This document shows, in pieces, positions 9,043-17,925 of a stretch of 64,000 nt of DNA. Numbering within the stretch: position 1 is the stretch's first letter; each line of letters begins with the position of its first letter. Under the pieces are notes generated by a model. It searched no databases. It was not told where the DNA came from and saw only the letters and a program-made list of their open reading frames with translations. A program made the translations under genes and the position numbers. Location: IMG/VR virus record IMGVR_UViG_3300022188_000008, positions 31,306-95,305 of that record; one strand, 5' to 3'. This DNA is from a virus.

Positions 9043-9258
9043 TTACTTTTCCCATTGGTGAAATACTATAGCTTTTTGTTTTGGACTATAATAAGCTATT
9101 TTATTATTACTTCTATCAATCCACATTGCAGATCTGCAGGTATTATCATTATTATACTCTGTGAACTCACTGTAAACTTGTTTTCCTGTAGCTTTGCAAT
9201 ACTTTTCTACCATGTTTTTGGCTTGATTGTAGTCTTTTATACCAGTAAATGCTTGCAT
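9043..9258 (-). CDS. Hypothetical protein
   Basis: Same AAGGAGGGATAAAAT(T/C)ATGCAAG start context as the adjacent gene. Confidence 0.55.
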   Translation of the reverse strand: MQAFTGIKDYNQAKNMVEKYCKATGKQVYSEFTEYNNDNTCRSAMWIDRSNNKIAYYSPKQKAIVFHQWEK

Positions 9259-9343
9259 GATTTTATCCCTCCTTAAATTCGATATATGATTAATAATCAA
9301 AAATATATCCAGGCATCTTAATGATACCTGGATATGATATATT

Positions 9344-9688
9344 TTATTTCTCTTTTTTTAGTCTTCTATAATATGCTAATTCAAAATTTGCTGTATGAAA
9401 GATATCGTTCATTAGATACCTGGTTTTAAAGTCTAATAGTTCTAGCCTACTTCGATTCTTTCTTACAGGAAAAGTTAATGGATCAAGGCAATATCTTCTG
9501 ATTTGTTTTCGGAATATACGCTTGCTATGCCTTATATATAGCTCATTTTCCAGTTCCTTAGCTAGATTATAGTATTCTGGCACTTTGTCGTTATCAGGCA
9601 TAGCTTTTATAGCTTCATAACAATCATTGATAATATATTCCAGGCTATTATCATCTAATACTTTCTTGTAATATTCTACTTTTTCCAT
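9344..9688 (-). CDS. Hypothetical protein
   Basis: L.YII.DC.EA..AMPD..K...Y helical motif; AGGAGGTG RBS. Confidence 0.6.
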   Translation of the reverse strand: MEKVEYYKKVLDDNSLEYIINDCYEAIKAMPDNDKVPEYYNLAKELENELYIRHSKRIFRKQIRRYCLDPLTFPVRKNRSRLELLDFKTRYLMNDIFHTANFELAYYRRLKKEK

Positions 9689-9712
9689 AACTTCACCTCC
9701 TATTATTAATGT

Positions 9713-9994
9713 TTAATCAATTAATCTTAACTCACAAACCGGTATTAATCCGGTTCTTTGGCTATAATATTCCACATATAAGTTATCTATATCTCCATAT
9801 ATCTTAAAAGACTTATATCTTAAGTTTTTCTTAAGAAATCCCTCTTTTTTTAATGTTTTAATTATCTCTTTGTCGCTTGTATAATCATTAATAGTTATTG
9901 CCATATCTGTCTCAGAAACATTATTAACGTAGTATCCATGTTCGTCACGCCACAAATCATAAGTATAAATTTTATATGTTCTCCTCTTTAACAT
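9713..9994 (-). CDS. Hypothetical protein
   Basis: YDLW.DE.GY.VN motif; RBS present. Confidence 0.6.
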   Translation of the reverse strand: MLKRRTYKIYTYDLWRDEHGYYVNNVSETDMAITINDYTSDKEIIKTLKKEGFLKKNLRYKSFKIYGDIDNLYVEYYSQRTGLIPVCELRLID

Positions 9995-10028
9995 GATTTA
10001 CCCTCCTTAAATTCATAATAGTTAATAA

Positions 10029-10484
10029 TTAAGCAATTCCTAATATTTCTTTGTTTCTCAATTCGGATTGCCTCATTAAATACCAAACTTGCTCCTTGGT
10101 GACTCCTAGTGTATTGTAATAACGATTGCTAGGAGAATACTCTGGACAAGATATATGCAATATATCCTTTTCCTTATCATAATGTATATTTTCCAAGCTA
10201 AAACTATTGTTTTTCCAGGCATTGAATAATCTCAAGGCAAGTTTACGATGTATTCTATTGGCAGGTACGTCAAAGATTAAACAAATCAATCTATGATCTA
10301 GTTTAATGTGGTTTGGTCTTACTCTGTAACCGAAGCTGTTATAAATCCGTGTCCAGTATTTTCTGGACTGTATTTTTTGCAGATCTAACACGATACGTTT
10401 ACCTTGTCGAAAATTTGTGATTGTTAGAACTGGAATAGTGGAAAATTTATCTTTTATAGGTTTAATGTATACTATCTTTTTCAT
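10029..10484 (-). CDS. Hypothetical protein
   Basis: 151-aa ORF with AGGAGG RBS. Confidence 0.55.
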   Translation of the reverse strand: MKKIVYIKPIKDKFSTIPVLTITNFRQGKRIVLDLQKIQSRKYWTRIYNSFGYRVRPNHIKLDHRLICLIFDVPANRIHRKLALRLFNAWKNNSFSLENIHYDKEKDILHISCPEYSPSNRYYNTLGVTKEQVWYLMRQSELRNKEILGIA

Positions 10485-10566
10485 GCTTTATATCCTCCTA
10501 TGTTTCGTAAATGGTTTGAATCATTAACAGTGTATAGTGTTTTTGTAATATTTACAGTAAATTAAA

Positions 10567-10593
10567 TGCCAGGTTGAAAAACCCAACCTGGCA
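10567..10593. terminator. Stem-loop, probable terminator
   Basis: TGCCAGGTTG-6nt-CAACCTGGCA with adjacent A/T tracts. Confidence 0.55.
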
Positions 10594-10601
10594 AAAAATG
10601 T

Positions 10602-11015
10602 TTATTCTTGTTCGGTAAACTCTTTAAGATTCAAGAGCTTACCAAGAAATACTAACTCGGTATCAGTTACCGAGTTAGCAAGATAGTTAATTCTATGTTC
10701 TGTTAAATACTTTAATTTGTAAAGCGATGATCTTAATATTCTTTCCTTACTAATACCCTTCCTACGCTTCGGAAACATCCATATAGGTAAAAATACTTCG
10801 ATACGGTCATAGTATCCAATAAGTCTACTCTCTCCTCCTGTAGAGTACAATTTAATGTTTATTTCTTTTGGCATCCACTCTGTTAATTCTAGGAGTTTAT
10901 CAGCTAAACATAGCTGATCTTGCAGATCTTTAATCTGCCACATTTTATTAGGATATGTTACATTCAGATGTATTACAGTGGCTTCTAGTTCTTTATAGAA
11001 TTCCTCTCTTGTCAT
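10602..11015 (-). CDS. Hypothetical protein
   Basis: 137-aa ORF with AGGAGGTG RBS. Confidence 0.55.
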   Translation of the reverse strand: MTREEFYKELEATVIHLNVTYPNKMWQIKDLQDQLCLADKLLELTEWMPKEINIKLYSTGGESRLIGYYDRIEVFLPIWMFPKRRKGISKERILRSSLYKLKYLTEHRINYLANSVTDTELVFLGKLLNLKEFTEQE

Positions 11016-11032
11016 GCTGCACCTCCTTATGG

Positions 11033-11227
11033 TTAATTAATAACTTCTACCACAAGCCGGTTAGGCTTATGGTATTGGCTTGTAAATTCATGGTAGATAT
11101 TATTAAAGTCATCTACCACACTTTCCAGAGGCTTGCTATGTTCCTTAGCAAGCCTTTCAAGCTGGATTTCGATTGCCTCCAGCTTATCCCGTAAATTTCT
11201 CAATTTTGCAAAGTATTCCACTGTCAC
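11033..11227 (-). CDS. Hypothetical coiled-coil protein
   Basis: ORF in the early operon. Confidence 0.45.
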   Translation of the reverse strand: MTVEYFAKLRNLRDKLEAIEIQLERLAKEHSKPLESVVDDFNNIYHEFTSQYHKPNRLVVEVIN

Positions 11228-11300
11228 CTCCTCTTTGCCGCTGTTATTAATCTGCCTGTACTAGTGCGGCTTAACTGGTACAGACAAAAAGAGGACCACA

Positions 11301-11465
11301 TTATACAGCGTGATCCTCTTTGATTATAGCTATTATTTCGTTTCCCATAGTATCCAGTTCCAAGATACTATTGGGAAACAAATAATCCAATACATCCAAG
11401 TCATCAGAACAAGTTATAGTTGCTCTGATAATTTCATTATTTTCTGTTTGTAACAGATTAATCAT
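11301..11465 (-). CDS. Hypothetical protein, first gene of the leftward operon
   Basis: AGGAGGTGA RBS before ATG 11465. Confidence 0.5.
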   Translation of the reverse strand: MINLLQTENNEIIRATITCSDDLDVLDYLFPNSILELDTMGNEIIAIIKEDHAV

Positions 11466-11503
11466 TTCGTCACCTCCTATGTCAAATTTTACCATTATAT
11501 ATA

Positions 11504-11520
11504 TGCACACACAATGCCAA
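11504..11520 (-). promoter_or_regulatory. Candidate sigma54 (-24/-12) promoter
   Basis: TTGGCATTGTGTGTGCA with GG-N10-GC spacing, about 40 nt upstream of the first early gene. Confidence 0.45.
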
Positions 11521-11589
11521 TTTCATAATTTTTTCATAATTTTTTATTTCTTTAATGATATCGATAACTTAAATTCATATCATGAAAAG

Positions 11590-12172
11590 TGAAATAATTT
11601 TATTGCACTTAATTGCTGTAGCATTTATGCAACACTACTAATCATGATTTTTTGTGTTTATTTAATGATAACAATACTTTAGCTTCATAGTATCAAAAAA
11701 ACAACAATTGTTGTGTTTTTGCTACTATGTAATTTGTTTCCTATTATTTTCTTCGTTTTTCTCGTGTTTTCTCGTTTTTTGGTTATAAGTTATCAATATC
11801 ATTACATTAATCATTACTAGATTTCTGAAAGTGTACTAGGGAATTTTTTTGAGCATTTCTTGTTTTATTAATGATTACAGCAATTTACAAATACTTAAAT
11901 ATCGCCAATTATAGCTGATTACAGGCAAATAAATTTTTTATGTTTCATATTTACCACATATGCAAATATTTTATTGCACTCAGAACCAGGTGCAATTAAT
12001 TTATTGCATATATCACGATGATGCTACTATCATAACTGCTATAAAATTATTGCAGTTATATTACATTCTGCAACAATATCATAATTATGATTATGATATT
12101 ATGCTTTTGTGCGTGATTTGACGCAGAATGCTGCAATAAAAGTATTGCAGTTAGTGCAATAAATTTATGGCA
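11590..12172. promoter_or_regulatory. Six palindromic sites TGCAATA-N4-TATTGCA plus IHF-like boxes
   Basis: Copies at about 11590, 11961, 11991, 12037, 12132 (perfect) and 12155; AATGAT..C.ATAACTTA-like boxes at about 11553, 11664, 11786 (reverse) and 11870. Confidence 0.65.
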
Positions 12173-12244
12173 GTTCTGAGTGTGGGAAAAAAGTATGCCA
12201 AAATGCCAGGTTTTTTGATAAAAGTGGTGGGGGATGTGCGAGCT

Positions 12245-12600
12245 AGCTATACATAAAATTCATAACAAAAATTATGATAATTTTTTAATAGTTGTTATAC
12301 ATAAAATCCATAATTTTTGTTATGATAATTTTTTAACAGTTGTTATACATAAAATTCACAACAATAGTTATAAGTAAAATCCATAACAGAAATTATGATG
12401 TTTTTCTAATAATTACTATGATAATTTTTTAATAATTACTATAATGTTTTTCTAATAATAGTTATAAAAATCATAATAGTTGTTATGATAATTTTTTAAT
12501 AATAGCTATACATAAAATCCATAATAAAAGTTATGATAATTTTTAATAATAACTATAAGTAAAACTCATAACAAAAATCATAATAAAAATTATGATACTT
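12245..12600. repeat. Degenerate tandem array (about 48-bp unit) of CATAA-N6-TTATG palindromes
   Basis: Unit TATACATAAAAT(T/C)CATAA-N6-TTATGATAATTTTTTAATA; cores at about 12260, 12308, 12381, 12471, 12519 and 12578. Confidence 0.8.
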
Positions 12601-12733
12601 TCTTTCTTCAGATATTAATTATATGTTAATTATAACATTATAGGGACGGGGGATTATTTTCCTTCTTCAGGAAAATTATAAAATGACATTAGGGGACTTT
12701 TTATGAATTCCTCATTGTTTGTATATTTGAGGT

Positions 12734-14308
12734 TTAAGCATAAATATCCAAATGAATAGTTTTCGGGTATAAAGTACTTTGGTTAGATATTCCATATTCT
12801 TGCCTTACTGTATTTACAAGATCTATTACTGCATCTCTTAGATCTATATTTTCTGGATATTCTTTTGGATCTATTTCAGATATACTTCCATTGGGATTCT
12901 TTCCTACTAATGCAAATGCACGTGGTTCATAATCTTTATAAGTTATTTGACAATCTGGGTCGCCAAACCTGCAAATTGCTCTACAGATATCATCATCAAC
13001 ACTGCAATCGGGATCATATTCGGACAGCCAATCTATAAACCCAGTTCCATGAATGGTTTTTATTATGTATGCAGATACAGCTATTACAACAGCATAATTG
13101 TCACTATAGATTGCTGCTATTGGAGACAATTCACCTGTTCCGGCTTCCTCTTTACTTCTATAAGCGCCATTAAATTGCCATCCTGATGCGGTAATATCTC
13201 CAACTATACACTGGCAAATATCAGATTTTTGAAAAATATCATAATCTTGTGGGTATCCTTCAGGATACCAAGATGAGATCTCCTCAAATACTCCCTCACC
13301 AATTACTTTATAATAACCAAGAGTTGCATTAGATTGGAAATTTTGGTCATAGGAATCCTCAGCTTGGCAATCGTGTTGTTGTTCAGTGTAGTTGTATATT
13401 AAATATAAATTCAAATAAGTTCCGAAGAAATTAAAGGCTGTTTTTTCACGGTATGCATAGACATGAGCATTTATGTCTGCACAACAGTTATTAAATTCCC
13501 CTCCTTCTTCAAAGTTACAACTTTCTCCAGAAGGCATCCATGTAGTTATATCTTGAGTACAATATTCTACAAAACGTGTAGACCCTGTTTGCAACATCTC
13601 ACAAGGCATGAACCCAGCTTCATAAGGATACCACATACAAAAACTAATTCCACTCCAATAAGTACATTCGACACCTCCATAAGTACCTCTTTCAAATATT
13701 AAATATTCTGGAGGACAAGTTTCAGGATGAGATCGAGATAAATATCTAATGGCATTGTCTGTAGTCTCTCGGTATCCTTCAGGGCACAACCCTATCCTAG
13801 AAAGTCGTGATAAATAGTCGATTAAGATCGGGTCTTGGCTAGAGCAAGGAAAGGTTAGTTTTGGGATATCTACGTAATCATTCAATTCTAAATCCCATAA
13901 TATAACATAACCATCTATATCTATCTTTAAGATTTCACCACATCTCTTTATTTTATCAGGAAATCCTACACAATAATACTCCCCATTTACAGCATATATC
14001 AATACTTTATCATTAACATGAAATGCTGATGCTGGATCTAAGTTCTCAGATTGGCAATTATATATAATCTTAGCACCTGATATCTCAGTTATAGGCTCTA
14101 TATCTAAGTGTTCATATTTCTTGTGCTTCTCCAGCTTTCCATAATCAGTTTCATAGTTCCTAGGATAATAAGGTTCATCTAATACAACATCTACAGTCTT
14201 ATTATCTCTATCTACTGATGTTATTGTTCCTTCTATAACATCATGCATCAGGACTGCTTCTGCAGGATCTAATTGTATTGTATAAGGATTTTCAGTGCTT
14301 TTTGGCAT
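12734..14308 (-). CDS. Orphan tail-tip/spike-like protein (N-terminal OB-fold-like domain, Cys-rich C-terminus)
   Basis: GTITSVDRDNKTVDVVLD...YNC...AFHVNDKVLI...CVGFPDKIKRC resembles phage tail-tip OB-fold segments; acidic, Tyr/Cys-rich body. Confidence 0.55.
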   Translation of the reverse strand: MPKSTENPYTIQLDPAEAVLMHDVIEGTITSVDRDNKTVDVVLDEPYYPRNYETDYGKLEKHKKYEHLDIEPITEISGAKIIYNCQSENLDPASAFHVNDKVLIYAVNGEYYCVGFPDKIKRCGEILKIDIDGYVILWDLELNDYVDIPKLTFPCSSQDPILIDYLSRLSRIGLCPEGYRETTDNAIRYLSRSHPETCPPEYLIFERGTYGGVECTYWSGISFCMWYPYEAGFMPCEMLQTGSTRFVEYCTQDITTWMPSGESCNFEEGGEFNNCCADINAHVYAYREKTAFNFFGTYLNLYLIYNYTEQQHDCQAEDSYDQNFQSNATLGYYKVIGEGVFEEISSWYPEGYPQDYDIFQKSDICQCIVGDITASGWQFNGAYRSKEEAGTGELSPIAAIYSDNYAVVIAVSAYIIKTIHGTGFIDWLSEYDPDCSVDDDICRAICRFGDPDCQITYKDYEPRAFALVGKNPNGSISEIDPKEYPENIDLRDAVIDLVNTVRQEYGISNQSTLYPKTIHLDIYA

Positions 14309-14333
14309 ATTTCAGATACCTCTTTTTTAGGGA

Positions 14334-14363
14334 ATAGTATTTTACTCTTAATGCTAAAGTCAA
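14334..14363 (-). promoter_or_regulatory. Sigma70-type promoter for the orphan gene
   Basis: TTGACT-18nt-TACTAT. Confidence 0.45.
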
Positions 14364-14458
14364 GTTAGGAGTTGAAAATGAGAATCTGATGAGGTATAAT
14401 AGAGAACATGAGTACGTTAGTAGTAAAAACAATTGCAGATGGGGTTGATACCTTTAAT

Positions 14459-14576
14459 AAAAAAAGAGCTGCTACAGGTATCTGCAACAGCTCCTTGACA
14501 AAAAAAGGTAGAAAAACCCTGGGAGAAAGACTGGTGAGGTCAGTACCGGACCCAGTTCGCCCTTCCCAGGTCGTCT
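14459..14576 (-). ncRNA. Candidate small RNA or attenuated leader (about 118 nt)
   Basis: Promoter at 14583-14611; internal CCTGGGA/TCCCAGG stem; 12-bp terminator hairpin at 14466-14493 with two G-U pairs followed by U7. Confidence 0.55.
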
Positions 14577-14582
14577 GCAATC

Positions 14583-14611
14583 ATACTAACATCTCTTATA
14601 TTAATTGTCAA
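14583..14611 (-). promoter_or_regulatory. Sigma70 promoter with extended -10
   Basis: TTGACA-17nt-TAGTAT, with TGn before the -10. Confidence 0.65.
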
Positions 14612-14619
14612 GGAGTTTT

Positions 14620-15185
14620 TGCACAGGGTGGATGCGGTACTGTTGCCAAATCAGGGGTTGACCGGAGTTGGAGGATTTCCTCTAAAAGGGCGCTCCTGGG
14701 TTGGAATAAACCCGATAAACAGCCTATACGACGGATAATGCAATCCTTCAATTATAATTATAAGAGTAGTACGGTTACTGCTGAGACCGAAACAGCAGGA
14801 CAGAGCGCTTGGCCTTGCGATAATAGGCGGCTGATAAAGCGATACTCCTGTTTACCTGAAGTTTTCCTGCCTTTCTCTTCAGGGTTTGTCTTTTTGCTTC
14901 TGGAATCATCTCTTAGAGGTTGCATAAATGCAGCTTTTAAACAACTAAGAGATGTATACAATAAGAGTATAAATATAGATCATAATAAAATTATGATTTA
15001 TAAATTATGGGCATTGTCAATCGCTCTACTACTAACTACACAAAATGCCCATAAATGGATATACATCTACATTCTGTAGATGTATATGCTGACGCATTCT
15101 ATCTTATTGTATTATCCAGAGGTATAACGCCCGAAGTATACTCTTAGAATGAGGATACCTAATAATAGCCTATTATTAGGTATTT
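14620..15185. ncRNA. Candidate structured non-coding element (GC-rich multi-hairpin domain followed by AT-rich long hairpins)
   Basis: Stems at 14698-14713, 14778-14798, 14855-14883, 15005-15054, 15059-15087 and 15155-15183. Confidence 0.4.
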
Positions 15186-15238
15186 TATTATATTTGAGGG
15201 GTTGACAAAGTTCGAATTTATAGTATTAGGGATAATGA

Positions 15239-15267
15239 TTGACAAGCATATAGAAATATAGTACTAT
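15239..15267 (+). promoter_or_regulatory. Sigma70 promoter of the rightward packaging/structural operon
   Basis: TTGACA-17nt-TACTAT; a second TTGACA at 15202. Confidence 0.7.
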
Positions 15268-15296
15268 TATTTCATAATAAGAAATGAGGTAAAATT

Positions 15297-15800
15297 ATGA
15301 ATTTTGATGTTGATATATATAAAGAAGAGAAAAAAGATAAATCCCTTCCTCAAGTAGTAAGGTTGGGAAAAGTTAAATTAATGCTAGATAAAGGACATTC
15401 TGTTGCAGAAATTGCTGAGAAATTAGGTATCAGCAAAACTACTGTATATAAAGATGTGCAGTTTTTAAAAAATATAGAAATAGGGGGTATTGATGAAGAA
15501 ACGAAAAATTTAAGAAGAATAGAGATAGACGAAGAAATACTAAATCAAATAAAAATAGGTAAAGAGATTATTGAGCTTCATATGTATAAAAAACCCCATG
15601 TTGTAGGGGATATTATGAAAGTTATTTGCAATCTGTTAGAGCTAAGAATGAAATTATGGAAAATGGATGCTCAAACAGTATTATCTGCTTCAGAAACAGT
15701 ACTTGATGGTGAAGAATTATTGCCTGAAGATGTTAAAGATCAGATAGGGGATATGCTAGTAAAACACCTAAGCAAAAAAGAGGTGAAAATAAGTGTCTAA
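15297..15800 (+). CDS. HTH protein, probable terminase small subunit
   Basis: G.SVAEIAEKLGISKTTVYKD HTH, helical middle and LLELRMKLW; first gene of the packaging operon. Confidence 0.6.
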   Translation: MNFDVDIYKEEKKDKSLPQVVRLGKVKLMLDKGHSVAEIAEKLGISKTTVYKDVQFLKNIEIGGIDEETKNLRRIEIDEEILNQIKIGKEIIELHMYKKPHVVGDIMKVICNLLELRMKLWKMDAQTVLSASETVLDGEELLPEDVKDQIGDMLVKHLSKKEVKISV

Positions 15801-16329
15801 AAAATACAATATTATCTATGTAGATCCTCCTTGGCCTATAAAACTAATATCAAGAAAGGTGAGACCAAAGCAACTTGATATGCCTTATAGTGTTATGACA
15901 TATGAAGACATATGCAACTTACCTGTGCAGAATATTTGTGACAAAAACGAATGCCATTTATTTCTATGGACAACTCATAAGTGGCTGCCTAAAGCATTTT
16001 ATGTGATGGAATGTTGGGGTTTTAAGTATAATTGCATAATAACTTGGGACAAAACATATGGTTTTACACCATTTAGTTTTATGTGGAGTACAGAGTTTTT
16101 GTTATATGGACAATTGAAAGGGAAATGGAAAAGGCCAAGAGGGGTAGGCAAATTCAAAACATGTTATCAGCATAAGCCAATAGGACACAGCATAAAACCT
16201 CATCTTTTCAGGCAGGTTATTGTAGGATTTTGTGGTGATTTGCCACGTATCGAGCTTTTTGCTCGACAGAAAACACTAGGATGGGATGTGTGGGGGAACG
16301 AGGTAGAATCAGATATAGAGCTAATATGA
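15793..16329 (+). CDS. MT-A70 family N6-adenine methyltransferase
   Basis: IYVDPPW, LFLWTT, HSIKP, RIELFARQ...GWDVWGNEV. Confidence 0.9.
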   Translation: MSKKYNIIYVDPPWPIKLISRKVRPKQLDMPYSVMTYEDICNLPVQNICDKNECHLFLWTTHKWLPKAFYVMECWGFKYNCIITWDKTYGFTPFSFMWSTEFLLYGQLKGKWKRPRGVGKFKTCYQHKPIGHSIKPHLFRQVIVGFCGDLPRIELFARQKTLGWDVWGNEVESDIELI

Positions 16330-16347
16330 GGAAGGAGGTGAAAGTAA

Positions 16348-16623
16348 GTGTCTGATATATTCAAGGATATACAGGATAAATGCAGATATTTTAATAACCT
16401 CGCAATTATTGATGCTTATATTCCTGAAGGAGAAGAGAAAAAGGAATATATTGTTATTTTATTGCATTTATTAAGCGAGAAATTACCTTCTTCAGAGCTT
16501 ATGGCAATATGTGAGGATGCTAAAATAGGAGCTGGGTGTTTGTATAATAGTATATTTTTTGAACATTTTGAAGTATTAAAAGAGGAGATATTTGGCGATG
16601 GGAGTATACAAGATACCTTATGA
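16348..16623 (+). CDS. Hypothetical protein
   Basis: AGGAGGTG RBS. Confidence 0.55.
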   Translation: MSDIFKDIQDKCRYFNNLAIIDAYIPEGEEKKEYIVILLHLLSEKLPSSELMAICEDAKIGAGCLYNSIFFEHFEVLKEEIFGDGSIQDTL

Positions 16624-16810
16624 AACATTAATAAAAGTTATAAACCCCGATATAAAACTAATAATAGATGCTATTCTTGAAAATAATGATAGTTTTGAGT
16701 TCAGTAGAGATCCAGTCACAAAGGATATTATTATAAGATGTAAAAATAAACCTAGGGATTCATCAATTTATGGCATTTGTTTTAAGGAGTTAAAGAGATA
16801 TTCAGTATAA
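16592..16810 (+). CDS. Hypothetical protein
   Basis: ORF in the operon. Confidence 0.45.
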   Translation: MAMGVYKIPYETLIKVINPDIKLIIDAILENNDSFEFSRDPVTKDIIIRCKNKPRDSSIYGICFKELKRYSV

Positions 16811-16827
16811 AGAAAAAAGATAAAATT

Positions 16828-17082
16828 ATGAAAAATTATGAAAACAAACCTGAAGAGCTAAAAGACCTTGTTTTTTGTGAAGATTGTATGCATTTTCGTG
16901 TTAAACAAGATTATGTAGGTGCAGGGTTAGCCTATGAAACTGAAATATGTGAGGCAATTATAAAACTAAAACATAATCATAGAACATATTGGGAAGAATA
17001 TGGAGACCCAAAGGAAATAAATAAGGATAATAAATGCCCATATTTTGAACCTAAAAAACATAAAAAATGGAGGTTTAAATAA
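16828..17082 (+). CDS. Small Cys-motif protein
   Basis: FCEDCMHF...C...NKDNKCPYFE. Confidence 0.6.
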   Translation: MKNYENKPEELKDLVFCEDCMHFRVKQDYVGAGLAYETEICEAIIKLKHNHRTYWEEYGDPKEINKDNKCPYFEPKKHKKWRFK

Positions 17083-17915
17083 TGTTAACTTTTTACCATA
17101 ATATTGATTTAGATGGAAAATGTTCAGGATATGTTGTTAAAAGAGCACATCCTGATTGTAATTTATATGGAATAGACTACGGAGATGACTTTCCTTGGGA
17201 TATCGTTGAAAAACATAATACTATTGTTATGGTTGATTTCTCTCTTCAGCCATTTTCAGAAATGGAGAAATTAGCCAATAAATGCGAAAAACTTATATGG
17301 ATAGATCATCATAAATCAGCTATTGATGAATATTTGAAAACTACAATCACTACTGAGGGAATATTGAGGGATGGTATTGGTGCCTGTCAGCTCTGTTGGG
17401 AGTATTTCTTTCCTACAGAATCAGTTCCTTATTTTATTAAGCTATTAGCAGAATATGATGTCTGGTGGTTCAGGAATCCAGACACCCTTCCTTTTCAGTA
17501 TGGTCTTAGGTTAGAAAATACCAACCCTTATAATTTACCTCTTTGGGAGTCTCTTTTTGAACGGCCTATAGTGAGAGAAGTTATAAAGAGAGGTGAAACA
17601 GTATTGAGGTATGAAGAAATAATAAATGAAAGATATGTAAAATCCAGAGGATTTGAATTGGAATGGGAAGGATTGAAGTTTATTTGTTGTAATAAAGGAC
17701 TTACAAATTCAAAATTATTCGATTCTATCTGGGATACAACTAAATATGATGCGATGATGACTTTTTGCATGTTAGATCCAGAAAGAGGATGGACTGTATC
17801 TCTTTACTCAGATAAGTCTGATGTTGATGTTTCAAAGATAGCTAAAAAATATGGTGGTGGAGGACATAAAGGAGCAGCAGGTTTTCAATGCAAAACTCTA
17901 CCATTTGTACAATAA
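17082..17915 (+). CDS. DHH/DHHA1 family phosphoesterase
   Basis: YHNIDLDG, VDFS, WIDHH, GGGGHKGAAGF. Confidence 0.92.
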   Translation: MLTFYHNIDLDGKCSGYVVKRAHPDCNLYGIDYGDDFPWDIVEKHNTIVMVDFSLQPFSEMEKLANKCEKLIWIDHHKSAIDEYLKTTITTEGILRDGIGACQLCWEYFFPTESVPYFIKLLAEYDVWWFRNPDTLPFQYGLRLENTNPYNLPLWESLFERPIVREVIKRGETVLRYEEIINERYVKSRGFELEWEGLKFICCNKGLTNSKLFDSIWDTTKYDAMMTFCMLDPERGWTVSLYSDKSDVDVSKIAKKYGGGGHKGAAGFQCKTLPFVQ

Positions 17916-17925
17916 GAGGAAGTAT

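Noticed and set aside
12245-12600. CRISPR array
   Set aside because: The repeats are degenerate and the variable parts are only 6 nt; there are no unique 30-40 nt spacers and no cas genes.
14495-14523. Plus-strand promoter at TTGACA 14495
   Set aside because: There is no -10 element at 16-18 nt spacing.
14778-14798. Hammerhead ribozyme (CTGAGA..GAAA)
   Set aside because: The core is not CUGANGA, and there is no stem II between the motifs.
14408-15079. 223-aa plus-strand ORF
   Set aside because: No recognisable motif and atypical composition; it overlaps an antisense promoter, a terminator and many hairpins, so it is more likely incidental to a structured non-coding region.
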